Both the position numbers and the translations under genes were made by a program. A stretch of 64,000 bases of DNA from an uncultured Chloroflexia bacterium (GTDB lineage: Bacteria > Chloroflexota > Limnocylindria > QHBO01), in contig CAWEQC010000004.1 of assembly GCA_963811145.1 (NCBI GenBank), forward strand, positions 527,752-591,751. The letters run 5' to 3'. The notes under the pieces were generated by a model. That model searched no databases. It was not told the origin of the DNA and worked only from the letters and a program-made list of their open reading frames with translations. Of the stretch, positions 55,156 through 64,000 are shown piece by piece; within the stretch, counting starts at the first letter, position 1, and the number at the start of each line of letters is the position of its first letter.

Positions 55156-56474
55156 AGGGACCGAGGATCCCGCGCTGGCTCTATCCGGGCATGCACCTGA
55201 AGCGCTGGCTCGTCCTGCTGCTGGCGGGCATCGCGATCCTCGGGCTGGGGGCCGCGATCTTCATCCGCGACCTGTATCGGCAGAACGCGGCGGACGAGAT
55301 CGCGATCGTGTACTGGGTCACCGGCGCCTGGCTCGAGCCGGAGATCCGGGCCGCGCTGGTCGCGCTGCTCGGCCTGGTGCTGACCGGCATCGGCTTCTGG
55401 GGCCTCATGCGCTCGGTCGTCTCGCCGTTCGTGGCGCGTGGCGACAGCGTGATGGAAGTGCTCTACACCAAACGCTACCTGGCCCGCGGGCCACGCATCG
55501 TGGCGCTGGGGGGCGGCACCGGCCTCTCGACGCTCCTCCGCGGCCTCAAGGGCTACAGCGCCAACATCACGGCGGTGGTCGCCGTGGCCGATGACGGCGG
55601 CAGCTCGGGACGCCTGCGCCAGCAGCTCGGCATTGTCCCGCCCGGTGACATCCGCAACTGCATTGCCGCCCTCGCCGATGCGGAGCCGCTCATGACGCAG
55701 CTGATGCAGTACCGATTCCCCCAGGGATCGGGGCTCGACGACCACGCCTTCGGGAACCTGTTCATCGCAGCAATGACCGCGGTCACCGGCGACTTCGAGG
55801 AGGCAGTGCGCGAGTCGAACCGGGTCCTCGCGGTTCGCGGCCAGGTGCTGCCCGCGACGAGCGTGCCGCTCAACCTGTCCGCCCGTCTCGTCTCCGGCAG
55901 GCATCTCTACGGGCAGGTCGGCATCAGCCGGGCCGACGAGCCGATCGAGCGCGTCTACATCGAGCCGGACGACGTGCGGGCCACCTCGGAGGCCCTCGAG
56001 CGAATCCTCGAGGCGGACATGATCGTGATCGGCCCGGGGAGCCTCTTCAGCAGCGTGCTGCCCAACCTGTTGATCCGGGACGTGCGCGACGCCCTGGCTG
56101 CCGCCCCCGGGGTGAAGGTGTACGTCTGCAACGTCGCGACCCAGCCGGGGGAGACGGACAACCTGACGGCGAGCGACCACCTGCGCGCGCTCTTCGCGCA
56201 CATCGGCGACGACCTGATCGATTACGTCATCCTCAACCGAAACACCGACGCGCGACGACCGGCCGGCTGGCTCGCCAAGCCGGTGGAGGTCGACATCCGG
56301 CGGCTCGAGGAGCTTCCGGTCGTGATCGTGGAGGAAGACGTGATCGATCCCGGCAACGCCCATCGCCACGATCCGGCGAAGCTGGCCGCCGCCATCATGC
56401 GGCTCCAGCAGGAAGACCGAATGGAGCGCCCGAAGCAGCGCCGGATCCGCCGCCCGGCGGCGCACGCCTCCTGA
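55152..56474 (+). CDS. yvcK: YvcK/CofD-family gluconeogenesis-morphology factor
   Basis: ATGA overlap with rapZ. IVALGGGTGLSTLLRGLK, with N-terminal TM segments. Confidence 0.88.
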   Translation: MKGPRIPRWLYPGMHLKRWLVLLLAGIAILGLGAAIFIRDLYRQNAADEIAIVYWVTGAWLEPEIRAALVALLGLVLTGIGFWGLMRSVVSPFVARGDSVMEVLYTKRYLARGPRIVALGGGTGLSTLLRGLKGYSANITAVVAVADDGGSSGRLRQQLGIVPPGDIRNCIAALADAEPLMTQLMQYRFPQGSGLDDHAFGNLFIAAMTAVTGDFEEAVRESNRVLAVRGQVLPATSVPLNLSARLVSGRHLYGQVGISRADEPIERVYIEPDDVRATSEALERILEADMIVIGPGSLFSSVLPNLLIRDVRDALAAAPGVKVYVCNVATQPGETDNLTASDHLRALFAHIGDDLIDYVILNRNTDARRPAGWLAKPVEVDIRRLEELPVVIVEEDVIDPGNAHRHDPAKLAAAIMRLQQEDRMERPKQRRIRRPAAHAS

Positions 56475-56482
56475 CCGCATCG

Positions 56483-57337
56483 GTGCTCCTCGCCGGCGAG
56501 GTGAAGGGCGAGCTGGCCCGCATCCAGCCGGCGCGGGGATGCTGCCGCCGCGCCGAGCTGCTCGGCCTGCTTCATGGCAGCGGCGGCGGCCGGCTGCGCA
56601 CGCTCGACCACGCCACCGCGCGGACCGCCGTGCTGCTCGCCGGGTCGCTCGGCATCGGCGTCGAGGCGCCGCCCCGGCCATCGCCCAGCGGCAAGAGCAG
56701 GGCTCCCGGCGCACGACATCACCTGGTGGTCGAGATCCGACGCGAACAGCTCGGCACCTGGCAGTGGGTCGACGCCCCTGCCCATGATCGCCGATCCTTC
56801 CTGCGCGGCGTCCTCCTCGGGTCCGGCTCGATCTCCTTCGGCCGGTCGGGCCCGCACGTCGAGTTCGTGCTTCGTAACGCCGACGCGTCGGCACGGCTCC
56901 AGGGGCTGCTCGCCGCGATGGGCGTGCGAGCCCTTCGCACGGCGCGACGCGGCCACCACGTGGTCTACCTCAAGGGTCTGGACGAGATCGTCGGGTTGCT
57001 CGGGCTCGTCGGCGCGAACCGCGGGGTGCTCGAGCTCGAGACACAACGCGTGGGCCGCGACGTCCGGGCGCGCGTCAACCGCCTCCTCAACGCGGAGGGG
57101 GCGAACCTGGCGCGCACGGTGCGCGCCGCGGACCGCCAGCTCCACGCGATCGATCGCCTCGAAAGCGACGGGAGCTTGCCGCGCCTCGCCCCGTCCCTGC
57201 GAGAGACGGCCGCTCAGCGCCGGCGGATGCCCGACGCCGACCTCGACACCCTCGCCACCGCGCTCGGCGTCAGCCGCTCCGCCGTGAACCATCGGCTGCG
57301 ACGGCTGGTGGAGCTCGCCGGCGACGAGGAGGCCTGA
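56483..57337 (+). CDS. whiA: sporulation/cell-division regulator WhiA
   Basis: VKGELARIQPARGCCRRAELLG, a LAGLIDADG-like core and a C-terminal HTH (LATALGVSRSAVNHRLRRL). Confidence 0.9.
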   Translation: MLLAGEVKGELARIQPARGCCRRAELLGLLHGSGGGRLRTLDHATARTAVLLAGSLGIGVEAPPRPSPSGKSRAPGARHHLVVEIRREQLGTWQWVDAPAHDRRSFLRGVLLGSGSISFGRSGPHVEFVLRNADASARLQGLLAAMGVRALRTARRGHHVVYLKGLDEIVGLLGLVGANRGVLELETQRVGRDVRARVNRLLNAEGANLARTVRAADRQLHAIDRLESDGSLPRLAPSLRETAAQRRRMPDADLDTLATALGVSRSAVNHRLRRLVELAGDEEA

Positions 57338-58101
57338 TGCGCGAGACGGTCATCGCCGGAAACTGGAAGATGAACCCGGCGACCCTCGAGGAGGCAGTCG
57401 CACTCGCTCGAGCGGTCGAGGCCGCGGCGCAGGCCGTTCCCGGCATCACGACCGTCATCTGTCCGCCGACCATCTGGCTTGCCGACCTGCGGCGAAGCGT
57501 GGGAACCGACGCCATCTCGATCGGGGCGCAGACGATGCATGACGAGGAGCGCGGGGCGTTCACCGGCGAGACGAGCCCGCTCATGCTGGCCGGCATCGCG
57601 ACGTTCGTCATCCTGGGGCACTCCGAGCGCCGCCAGTACGACGGTGAGACCGACGAGCGCGTCGGACGCAAGGTTGCCAGTGCGGTGGCGCACGGCCTGC
57701 GACCCATCGCGGCGATCGGGGAGCGGGCGGACGAACGCAGGTCCGGCGCCACCGCGGCCGTCATCGATCGGCAGCTGCGCGCCGCCATCGGCGACCTCGA
57801 CCAGCTGGCCGGGACAGGGCTCGTGATCGCCTACGAGCCGGTCTGGGCCATCGGGACCGGCGACGCGGCATCGGCCCAGGACGCGCAGGAGGTGTGCGCG
57901 CAGATCCGGCAGATTCTGCGGGAGACCGATGCCGACGCCGCCGACCAGGTCCCGATCCAGTACGGGGGCAGCGTGACGGCCGACAACGCCGCAGAGCTGT
58001 TCGCCCAGCCGGACATCGACGGCGCCCTCGTCGGCGGTGCCTCCCTCAAGGCGGACCAGTTCGCGGCCATCCTGCGGGCAGCCGCGGCCGAAGCCGGGTG
58101 A
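57337..58101 (+). CDS. tpiA: triose-phosphate isomerase
   Basis: IAGNWKMN, GHSERR, YEPVWAIGTG. Confidence 0.95.
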   Translation: MRETVIAGNWKMNPATLEEAVALARAVEAAAQAVPGITTVICPPTIWLADLRRSVGTDAISIGAQTMHDEERGAFTGETSPLMLAGIATFVILGHSERRQYDGETDERVGRKVASAVAHGLRPIAAIGERADERRSGATAAVIDRQLRAAIGDLDQLAGTGLVIAYEPVWAIGTGDAASAQDAQEVCAQIRQILRETDADAADQVPIQYGGSVTADNAAELFAQPDIDGALVGGASLKADQFAAILRAAAAEAG

Positions 58102-59615
58102 CCCTCACGCTGGTGATCCTCGACGGCTTCGGGATCGGCGAGGATCCGGCCCGCAATGCGCTGCTCGCCGCCCGGATGCCCGTGTGGGAGCGCCTGATTC
58201 ACGACTGGCCCAACGCGCGGCTCGATGCGTCGGGCGAGGCGGTGGGGCTGCCGCCCGGCCAGATGGGGAACAGCGAGGTCGGACACTTGAACCTCGGCGC
58301 CGGCTTTCGCGTCCTCCAGGATCTGCCGCGCATCAACCAGGCAATCGCGGATGGATCGTTTGGTTCGACGGCCGCCCTCGTCACCGCCTGCAGGGCGGCG
58401 CTCGAGCGGGGGAGCCGTCTCCACCTGATGGGGCTGATCGGCCCCGGCGGCATTCACGCCATCGACGAGCACATCGTGGCCATGGTGCGGCTCGCGGCGG
58501 CACAGGGGCTGACCTCCGACCGGGTGCTGCTGCACGCCTTCACCGATGGGCGCGACACGCCCCCGCGATCCGTCGACCGCTACCTCCCCGAGCTCGAAGC
58601 CCTCATCGGCCCAAGCGCGAGGCTGGCCACGGTGAGCGGCCGGTACTACGCCATGGATCGCGACGGGCGCTGGGATCGCACGCGGCTGGCGTACGAGGCG
58701 ATCGTCCACGGAGTCGGTGAGCTGGCGGCGGACAGCAGGGCCGCCATCGCCGCGGCCTACGCGCGGGGCGAGAACGACGAGTTCATCCGGCCGACCGTCA
58801 TCGGCGGCTACGCAGGCATGGCGAACGAGGACGTCGTCGTTCACCTCAACTTCCGCGCCGACCGCGCCAGGCAGCTGACGCAGGCGCTGTCATTGCCGGA
58901 CTTCGACGCATTCGACCGTGGCATCCGGCCCCGCGACCTGCTGGTGACCACGCTCACCGAGTACCAGTCAGCCGACGAGCTGCCGGTCGCCGTCGCGTTC
59001 GGTCCACTGGTGATCGACTCGCTGGCCGCACACCTCTCGCGGCTGGGGATGCGCCAGCTCCACGTCGCGGAGACCGAGAAATACGCCCACGTCACCTACT
59101 TCTTCAACGGCGGCGTCGAGCCGCCGTTTCCCGGGGAGGAGCGCATCCTGGTGCCGTCGAACCGCGAGGTGCCGACGTATGACCTCGCCCCGGAGATGCG
59201 CGCCATCCCGATCACCGATGCGCTCGTCGCCGGGATCGGCTCGGGCGACTTCGACTTCATCGTTGCCAACTACGCGAACCCCGACATGGTCGGGCACACC
59301 GGGGTATGGGACGCGGCGGTGAGCGCGGCGGAGACGATCGACGCCTGTCTGGGGCGCGTCGTCGAGGCCTCCCTGGCCGGCGGGGAGACGCTGGTGATCA
59401 CGGCCGACCACGGCAACATCGAGGAGACGCGGGATGCGGCCGGCAATCCCCAGACGAAGCACACCACCTCGCCGGTCCCGATCGTGATCGTGGCGGAGGA
59501 CGTGCGCGGACGCCACCTTCGGAACGGGGCCCTCTCGGACGTTGCCCCAACGCTGTGCGAGCTGCTCGGCATCACCGTCGGCCCCGAGATGACCGGGCGG
59601 TCCCTGCTCGCCTGA
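58098..59615 (+). CDS. gpmI: 2,3-bisphosphoglycerate-independent phosphoglycerate mutase
   Basis: GTGA overlap with tpiA. LVILDGFGIG, MGNSEVGHLNLGAG, ITADHGN. Confidence 0.93.
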   Translation: MTLTLVILDGFGIGEDPARNALLAARMPVWERLIHDWPNARLDASGEAVGLPPGQMGNSEVGHLNLGAGFRVLQDLPRINQAIADGSFGSTAALVTACRAALERGSRLHLMGLIGPGGIHAIDEHIVAMVRLAAAQGLTSDRVLLHAFTDGRDTPPRSVDRYLPELEALIGPSARLATVSGRYYAMDRDGRWDRTRLAYEAIVHGVGELAADSRAAIAAAYARGENDEFIRPTVIGGYAGMANEDVVVHLNFRADRARQLTQALSLPDFDAFDRGIRPRDLLVTTLTEYQSADELPVAVAFGPLVIDSLAAHLSRLGMRQLHVAETEKYAHVTYFFNGGVEPPFPGEERILVPSNREVPTYDLAPEMRAIPITDALVAGIGSGDFDFIVANYANPDMVGHTGVWDAAVSAAETIDACLGRVVEASLAGGETLVITADHGNIEETRDAAGNPQTKHTTSPVPIVIVAEDVRGRHLRNGALSDVAPTLCELLGITVGPEMTGRSLLA

Positions 59616-59654
59616 ACCTCCCCGCGGGAGCTTCCCTGCTAGACTTCGCCGGCC

Positions 59655-59876
59655 ATGCAGATCCCACTTCTTCTCGCCCAGATGATCCTGGCCATCGCGC
59701 TCATCGCGTCGATCCTGCTGCAGCAGCGCGGGACCGGCCTTGGCGGCGCCTTCGGCGGCGAGGTGACCGCCTATCGCAGCCGGCGCGGTATCGAGCGGAC
59801 GCTGTTCCGGATGACGATCGTCCTGGCGGTGCTGTTCGTGGCCTTCAGCCTGCTCAACCTGCTGCCCCAGACCTGA
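59655..59876 (+). CDS. secG: preprotein translocase subunit SecG
   Basis: Two TM segments with LLQQRGTGLGGAFGG between them. Confidence 0.9.
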   Translation: MQIPLLLAQMILAIALIASILLQQRGTGLGGAFGGEVTAYRSRRGIERTLFRMTIVLAVLFVAFSLLNLLPQT

Positions 59877-59945
59877 CCGGCTGGGGCTGATCAGGCCCGT
59901 GCTATCATCGGCCCTCGCAAACGGAATCGCTCCGAATGCGGCCGT

Positions 59946-60032
59946 GCCGAGGTGGCGGAATAGGCAGACGCGCTAGGTTCAGGACCTAGTGACCGCAAGG
60001 TCGTGTGGGTTCAAGTCCCTCCCTCGGTACCA
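59946..60032 (+). tRNA. tRNA-Leu(CAG), type II, CCA encoded
   Basis: Anticodon arm CTAGG-TTCAGGA-CCTAG, long variable arm, T-loop TTCAAGT. It has a G1-U72 wobble and one U-U mismatch in the T-stem (GTGGG/CCCTC). Confidence 0.8.
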
Positions 60033-60052
60033 CCCCGATCTGGTGGTTCTGG

Positions 60053-60137
60053 GCCCAGGTGGCGGAATTGGTATACGCGTACGTTTGAGGGGCGTATGAG
60101 GCAACTCATCCGGGTTCAAGTCCCGGCCTGGGCACCA
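60053..60137 (+). tRNA. tRNA-Leu(GAG), type II, CCA encoded
   Basis: Acceptor stem GCCCAGG/CCTGGGC, anticodon loop TTGAGGG, T-arm CCGGG-TTCAAGT-CCCGG. Confidence 0.92.
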
Positions 60138-60203
60138 CTTCAGTCAAGACCGATGCGCCGCTCGCCACACAATTGCGAGCGGCGTTTCGTTGCTCAGCGT
60201 GCG

Positions 60204-60337
60204 TGACCCGTGGGGCGGGTCAACGCGCGGAGGAGCGGCGCAGAACCCAGAGCTCCGACGCGATCTGACCCGTAACTGCGGGTGAAACGCCGACGAGCGC
60301 GAGCTCCTTCCACCATTGACCCGTGGGGCGGGTCAAC
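60204..60337. repeat. three hairpin repeats in the tRNA spacer (two perfect 21-mers plus one degenerate copy)
   Basis: TGACCCGTGGGGCGGGTCAAC occurs at 60204-60224 and 60317-60337. A degenerate copy TGACCCGTAACTGCGGGTGAAAC starts at about 60265. Each contains the 7-bp inverted repeat TGACCCG/CGGGTCA. Confidence 0.8.
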
Positions 60338-60362
60338 CGATGCATCGGCTAGGATGTTCGCC

Positions 60363-60439
<77 letters not shown>

Positions 60440-60490
60440 ACCTGCCTGCTAGCATCTGCCCGTCCAACCCCGAGCGCGAGGAGCATCCCA

Positions 60491-61069
60491 ATGCCAGTGT
60501 GGCTGATCATTCTGCTGATCGCGATCGCGGTCATCGTCCTCTTCCTGGTCTTCACGTACAACGGCCTGGTCCGGCTTCGGAACATGGTCGACGAGGCGTG
60601 GAACCAGATCAGCGTGCAGCTCAAGCGCCGGCACGACCTGATCCCGAACCTCGTCAACGCGGTGAAGGGCTACATGGACTTCGAGCAGGAGACCCTCACC
60701 AAGGTCATCGAAGCCCGATCCGCCGCGGTCAACGCGCAGCAGGGCGGGCCCGGCAACGCCGCACAGGCAGCCCAGGCAGAGAACTTCCTGACCGGCGCCC
60801 TCCGCCAGCTGTTCGCGCTGGTCGAGAACTACCCGGACCTGAAGGCCAACGAGAACGTCATGCAGCTCCAGGAGGAGCTGACGACGACCGAGAACCAGAT
60901 CGGCTTCAGCCGCCAGCACTACAACAGCACCGTTCGCGAGTTCAACACGAGCATCCAGACCTTCCCGAACGTGCTCATCGCCGGCATGTTCGGCTTCCGC
61001 GAACGCGACTACTTCCAGATTGCCGAGGCCGATGCCGCGGTGCCCGAGGTGAACCTGCGCTCGGCGTAG
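60491..61069 (+). CDS. lemA: LemA family membrane protein
   Basis: N-terminal TM followed by YNGLVRLRNMVDEAWNQISVQLKRRHDLIPNLV. Confidence 0.92.
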   Translation: MPVWLIILLIAIAVIVLFLVFTYNGLVRLRNMVDEAWNQISVQLKRRHDLIPNLVNAVKGYMDFEQETLTKVIEARSAAVNAQQGGPGNAAQAAQAENFLTGALRQLFALVENYPDLKANENVMQLQEELTTTENQIGFSRQHYNSTVREFNTSIQTFPNVLIAGMFGFRERDYFQIAEADAAVPEVNLRSA

Positions 61070-61073
61070 GGCC

Positions 61074-62057
61074 ATGAGCGCCGAGGCGCGCCCGGCGCCG
61101 ACCACGTTCTACCGCGAGATCGCCCGGAACCGGCGACGCAGCTGGTTCCTGGTGGTGATCGTGGTCATCGTGCTTGGCGTGCTCGGCGGCGCGATCGGAT
61201 ACGCCACCGGGCTGGGATGGGGCGGCGTCGTGCTCGCCGTGATCGTGGCGAGCGTCATGTCGGTCGGCTCCTACTACGCCGGCGACCAGCTGGTGATGGC
61301 GACGAGCGGCGCCCGCGAGATCGACCTCGGCAAGCCGCCGGAGCAGTACCAGCAGCTGATCAACATCGTCGAGGAGATGCGCCTGGCGGGCGGCCTGCCG
61401 CGGCCGCGCGTCTGGGTGATCGATGACACGGCGCCCAACGCGTTTGCCACGGGACGCGATCCGGAGCACGCCAGCGTGGCGGTGACGACCGGCCTGCTTC
61501 AGAAGCTCGATCGCGAGGAGCTCCAGGGCGTCATCGGTCACGAGCTGAGCCACGTCGGCAACCTCGACATCAGGTTCACCTTGCTGGTGGGCGTGCTCGT
61601 CGGCAGCATCGCGCTGCTGGCCGACTGGTTCCTGCGGTTCACCTTCTGGGGCGGTGGCCGCAGAAGCAGCAGCGACTCGGACCGCGGCGGGGGTGGGGGA
61701 GCGATGGCCCTCATCTTCGTCCTCGCCCTGGTCCTGGCCGTCGTGGCACCGCTCATCGGCCGGCTCGTGCAGGCCGCCGTGAGCCGCAGCCGCGAGTCAT
61801 TGGCCGATGCGACCGCCGTCGACCTCACCCGCAACCCGGTCGGACTGGCGCGCGCGCTGCGCAAGATCAGCGACGATCCGGAGGTGCTGGAGGTGGCAAA
61901 CCGAGCGACGCAGCATCTCTACATCGTCAACCCGATCAAGAGCTTCGAGGAGCGCGCGAAGTCGCTCTGGGACACCCATCCACCGATCGGCGAGCGCATC
62001 CGGGCACTGGAGGCGATCGCCGGACGGATGGGCTTCACGGGCCAGCAGCCGGGCTAG
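61074..62057 (+). CDS. htpX: M48-family zinc metalloprotease (HtpX-like)
   Basis: TM segments flank the zinc motif VIGHELSHVGNLD. Pairing with LemA is a common arrangement. Confidence 0.88.
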   Translation: MSAEARPAPTTFYREIARNRRRSWFLVVIVVIVLGVLGGAIGYATGLGWGGVVLAVIVASVMSVGSYYAGDQLVMATSGAREIDLGKPPEQYQQLINIVEEMRLAGGLPRPRVWVIDDTAPNAFATGRDPEHASVAVTTGLLQKLDREELQGVIGHELSHVGNLDIRFTLLVGVLVGSIALLADWFLRFTFWGGGRRSSSDSDRGGGGGAMALIFVLALVLAVVAPLIGRLVQAAVSRSRESLADATAVDLTRNPVGLARALRKISDDPEVLEVANRATQHLYIVNPIKSFEERAKSLWDTHPPIGERIRALEAIAGRMGFTGQQPG

Positions 62058-62067
62058 GCTCGGACCG

Positions 62068-62550
62068 ATGGAGGTCGAGATCCTGGCCGCCGATGCCGTG
62101 CCCGGACCTGATCTCGACGCGTTCCTCCGCTCCGCCTGGGGCTCCGAGGTGGTCGTTGCGCACGGCGAGCGCATCATCCTTTCCGAGCTGCCGGGCCTGG
62201 CGGCGGTGTCGGCGGGACGGATCGTCGGTCACGTCTCGTACCGGATGGTGGACGGCGCCTGCGAAGTCACGTCGATCGCCGCCGATCCGCCTCGAACCGG
62301 CATCGGGTCGCAGCTGATGGATCGCGTCATGGCCGAGGCTCGCGGGGCCGGCTGCCGCAGCGTCCGGCTCACGACGACGAACGACAACCTCGATGCCCTT
62401 CGCTTCTACCAGCGTCGTGGCTTTCGGCTGGTGGCCGTGCGACCGGGTGCCGTCGACGATGCCCGCCGGGACCTCAAGCCGGAGATCCCGAAGGTCGGGT
62501 CCTTCGGAATCCCGATGCGCGATGAGCTGGACCTCGAACTCGAGCTGTAG
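62068..62550 (+). CDS. GNAT-family N-acetyltransferase
   Basis: Start moved to ATG 62068. Acetyl-CoA motif RTGIGSQLMDRVMAEARGAG...LRFYQRRGF. Confidence 0.85.
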   Translation: MEVEILAADAVPGPDLDAFLRSAWGSEVVVAHGERIILSELPGLAAVSAGRIVGHVSYRMVDGACEVTSIAADPPRTGIGSQLMDRVMAEARGAGCRSVRLTTTNDNLDALRFYQRRGFRLVAVRPGAVDDARRDLKPEIPKVGSFGIPMRDELDLELEL

Positions 62551-62750
62551 CTCGGACTGATGCGGCTCGCGGCCGGCGTGTGCGTTCACGGACGACGCGA
62601 AGGCAGTTCGTGCCGCGATGACCTGAATTTGCCGGAAGCATCCCGACAACCTCGTGCAAAGTTGCGGCGCGGCGGGACGCATCGGTATCCTTGCGACCGC
62701 CTGATCGAGGCAGTGGGGCAGGAGCTGAGGAGGCCTCAGCGACGATCGGC

Positions 62751-62826
62751 GCCGAGGTAGCTCAGTCGGTAGAGCACCGCCCTGAAGAGGCGGGTGTCGT
62801 CAGTTCGATTCTGACCCTCGGCACCA
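62751..62826 (+). tRNA. tRNA-Phe(GAA), CCA encoded
   Basis: Acceptor stem GCCGAGG/CCTCGGC and anticodon arm CCGCC-CTGAAGA-GGCGG. Confidence 0.93.
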
Positions 62827-62856
62827 GCACCGCGGTATCATCGGGCGCACAAGCGG

Positions 62857-62932
62857 GCGGAAGTGGCTCAGTTGGTAGAGCATCACCTTGCCAAGGTGAG
62901 GGTCGCGGGTTCGAGTCCCGTCTTCCGCTCCA
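62857..62932 (+). tRNA. tRNA-Gly(GCC), CCA encoded
   Basis: Acceptor stem GCGGAAG/CTTCCGC and anticodon arm TCACC-TTGCCAA-GGTGA. Confidence 0.93.
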
Positions 62933-62988
62933 TTTTCATGTCCGGCTGGTTGCAATCGGGGTTGACCTGCTAGCGTGAGACGAGGCGT

Positions 62989-63062
62989 TGCCCCGTCGTC
63001 TAGTGGTAGGACAGCGGACTTTGGATCCGTGAACCGAGGTTCGAATCCTCGCGGGGCAGCCA
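62989..63062 (+). tRNA. tRNA-Gln(TTG), CCA encoded
   Basis: Acceptor stem TGCCCCG/CGGGGCA (U1-A72), anticodon arm GCGGA-CTTTGGA-TCCGT, 4-nt variable loop. Confidence 0.9.
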
Positions 63063-63078
63063 GCCGATCGATTCGCGT

Positions 63079-63153
63079 GGCGACGTGCCCGAGTGGTCCA
63101 GGGAGCGGTCTGCAAAACCGCGTACACGGGTTCGATTCCCGTCGTCGCCTCCA
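63079..63153 (+). tRNA. tRNA-Cys(GCA), CCA encoded
   Basis: Acceptor stem GGCGACG/CGTCGCC and anticodon arm GCGGT-CTGCAAA-ACCGC. Confidence 0.9.
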
Positions 63154-63280
63154 ACTTCTGAGCACGAAAGAGGGCCGAATCGCCCGTCCGAGCGGTCCGG
63201 CCCTTCGGTCTGACAGCCCAAGCCCTACGCGATGACGAGGTTGTCATGACTCCGGCGAGCGTCGCCCGCACATTGGTGCC

Positions 63281-63673
63281 ATGCCCAGGCTTGCCAGTGC
63301 CGACGACCAAGATGCCGCTGACGCCGACCAAGCCGCGGCCAATGCCGACCAGACCGCAGCGGATGCCGACCAGAATGCCGCCGACCGCGACGCAATCGAC
63401 GCGGACCATGATCAGTTGGTGGCCTACGGCGAACAGACGCGTGCCGAGGATCGGCTTGCCTCCGGTGGGCACGTCACAGATGCCTCTGAAGCGACGACTT
63501 CGCGCGTGATGCGCCTGGCGTCCTCAGCCAGCCGGTTAGCTACCCGCGCGATACGAGCGCTTGCGGCCACGTCCCGAGAAAGGGCGGCCACGGAGCGCGC
63601 CGCGGCGGCGAAAATGCGGGCCGCTGCCGCCGCCCGTCGCGAGAGCATGACGCGGAAGGACGACCCGTCCTAG
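63281..63673 (+). CDS. hypothetical protein with acidic heptad repeats (DAADADQ-type)
   Basis: About five 21-nt (7-aa) tandem units at about 63311-63415, followed by an Ala/Arg-rich helical tail. Moderately high GC3. The alternative frame 63246-63509 is less coding-like. Confidence 0.45.
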   Translation: MPRLASADDQDAADADQAAANADQTAADADQNAADRDAIDADHDQLVAYGEQTRAEDRLASGGHVTDASEATTSRVMRLASSASRLATRAIRALAATSRERAATERAAAAKMRAAAAARRESMTRKDDPS

Positions 63674-63780
63674 CGTGCACGATGCCCAAATGGCGCATTC
63701 TGCGTCATCCGCCCGATGACGATTCATTCGCCGGGTGGCTGCAGGTGGAGCGTAGGTGACCGCGCCGTGGAACGGCTCGT

Positions 63781-63990
63781 TCAACCCCGGTTTGGGTCAG
63801 GCGGCGGCCGGCCGGACGGGCGCGAGACGCCGAGAGCCGACATCGTGGTTTCGCCCGCGAAGGCGTACTGATCCGCCACGCACTCCGGAAACGGCGGGAC
63901 GGGGACATCGGCCGCGTCGATCGGAGCGGCTGGGGCGAGGGCGCAAGCCGCGAGCGAGACGACGAGAGCGCCAAGGCCGATGGCACGCAT
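63781..63990 (-). CDS. small putative lipoprotein (69 aa)
   Basis: Signal peptide with lipobox: MRAIGLGALVVSLAAC. Confidence 0.5.
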   Translation of the reverse strand: MRAIGLGALVVSLAACALAPAAPIDAADVPVPPFPECVADQYAFAGETTMSALGVSRPSGRPPPDPNRG

Positions 63991-64000
63991 GCTTGATGGT

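Noticed and set aside
60003-60206. ORFs overlapping tRNA genes (60003-60206 +, 62691-62978 +, 62800-63165 -, 62936-63472 -, 62975-63235 +)
   Set aside because: They are explained entirely by the tRNA genes and their spacers.
60204-60337. Mini CRISPR array reading of the 21-nt repeats in the tRNA spacer
   Set aside because: There are only two perfect copies plus one degenerate copy. The repeat is short at 21 nt, the spacers are unequal, and there are no cas genes in the window. It is treated as a hairpin repeat instead.

Overview
Very GC-rich chromosomal core region with about 70 genes, most of them housekeeping. The gene order resembles the conserved Actinomycetota/Terrabacteria blocks polA-coaE-uvrB-uvrA and uvrC-rapZ-yvcK-whiA-tpiA-secG. 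No phylum call is possible from sequence alone.

Contents, left to right:
- A polar amino-acid ABC transporter, divergent from a Rieske oxygenase and followed by a C-N hydrolase.
- Two KimA-type K+ symporter paralogues bracketing a truncated KdpD/KdpE pair.
- A 4.8-kb signalling islet next to tRNA-Leu(CAA).
- An ECF sigma/anti-sigma pair.
- polA, mutM and coaE.
- An orphan tadE-tadG-cpaB triad.
- A uvrB operon that includes a UDG-family gene.
- An ABC-2 exporter.
- A LacI/GH1 beta-glucosidase unit with two palindromic operators.
- uvrA with a Cheo-type SOS box.
- A UvrD-like helicase, an LCP protein, a Nudix hydrolase, uvrC, secDF, recJ, pyrF and tatAC.
- An HDAC-like gene, rapZ-yvcK-whiA, tpiA-gpmI-secG, lemA-htpX and a GNAT gene.
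- Eight tRNA genes, all with encoded CCA.

Things that stand out:
1. The KimA-KdpDE-KimA module has no kdpFABC in the window.
2. A structured intergenic repeat family built from 17-nt GTGAAT boxes has a conserved 7/34-nt spacing and forms a ~143-nt palindrome.
3. A related GTTGACCCG hairpin repeat lies in a tRNA spacer.
4. Five genes, including secF and tatC, each carry exactly one extra base. This points to assembly error or real decay.

No CRISPR array, integrase, transposase or recognisable defence system was seen. All similarity calls rest on motif recognition by eye, with no searches run.
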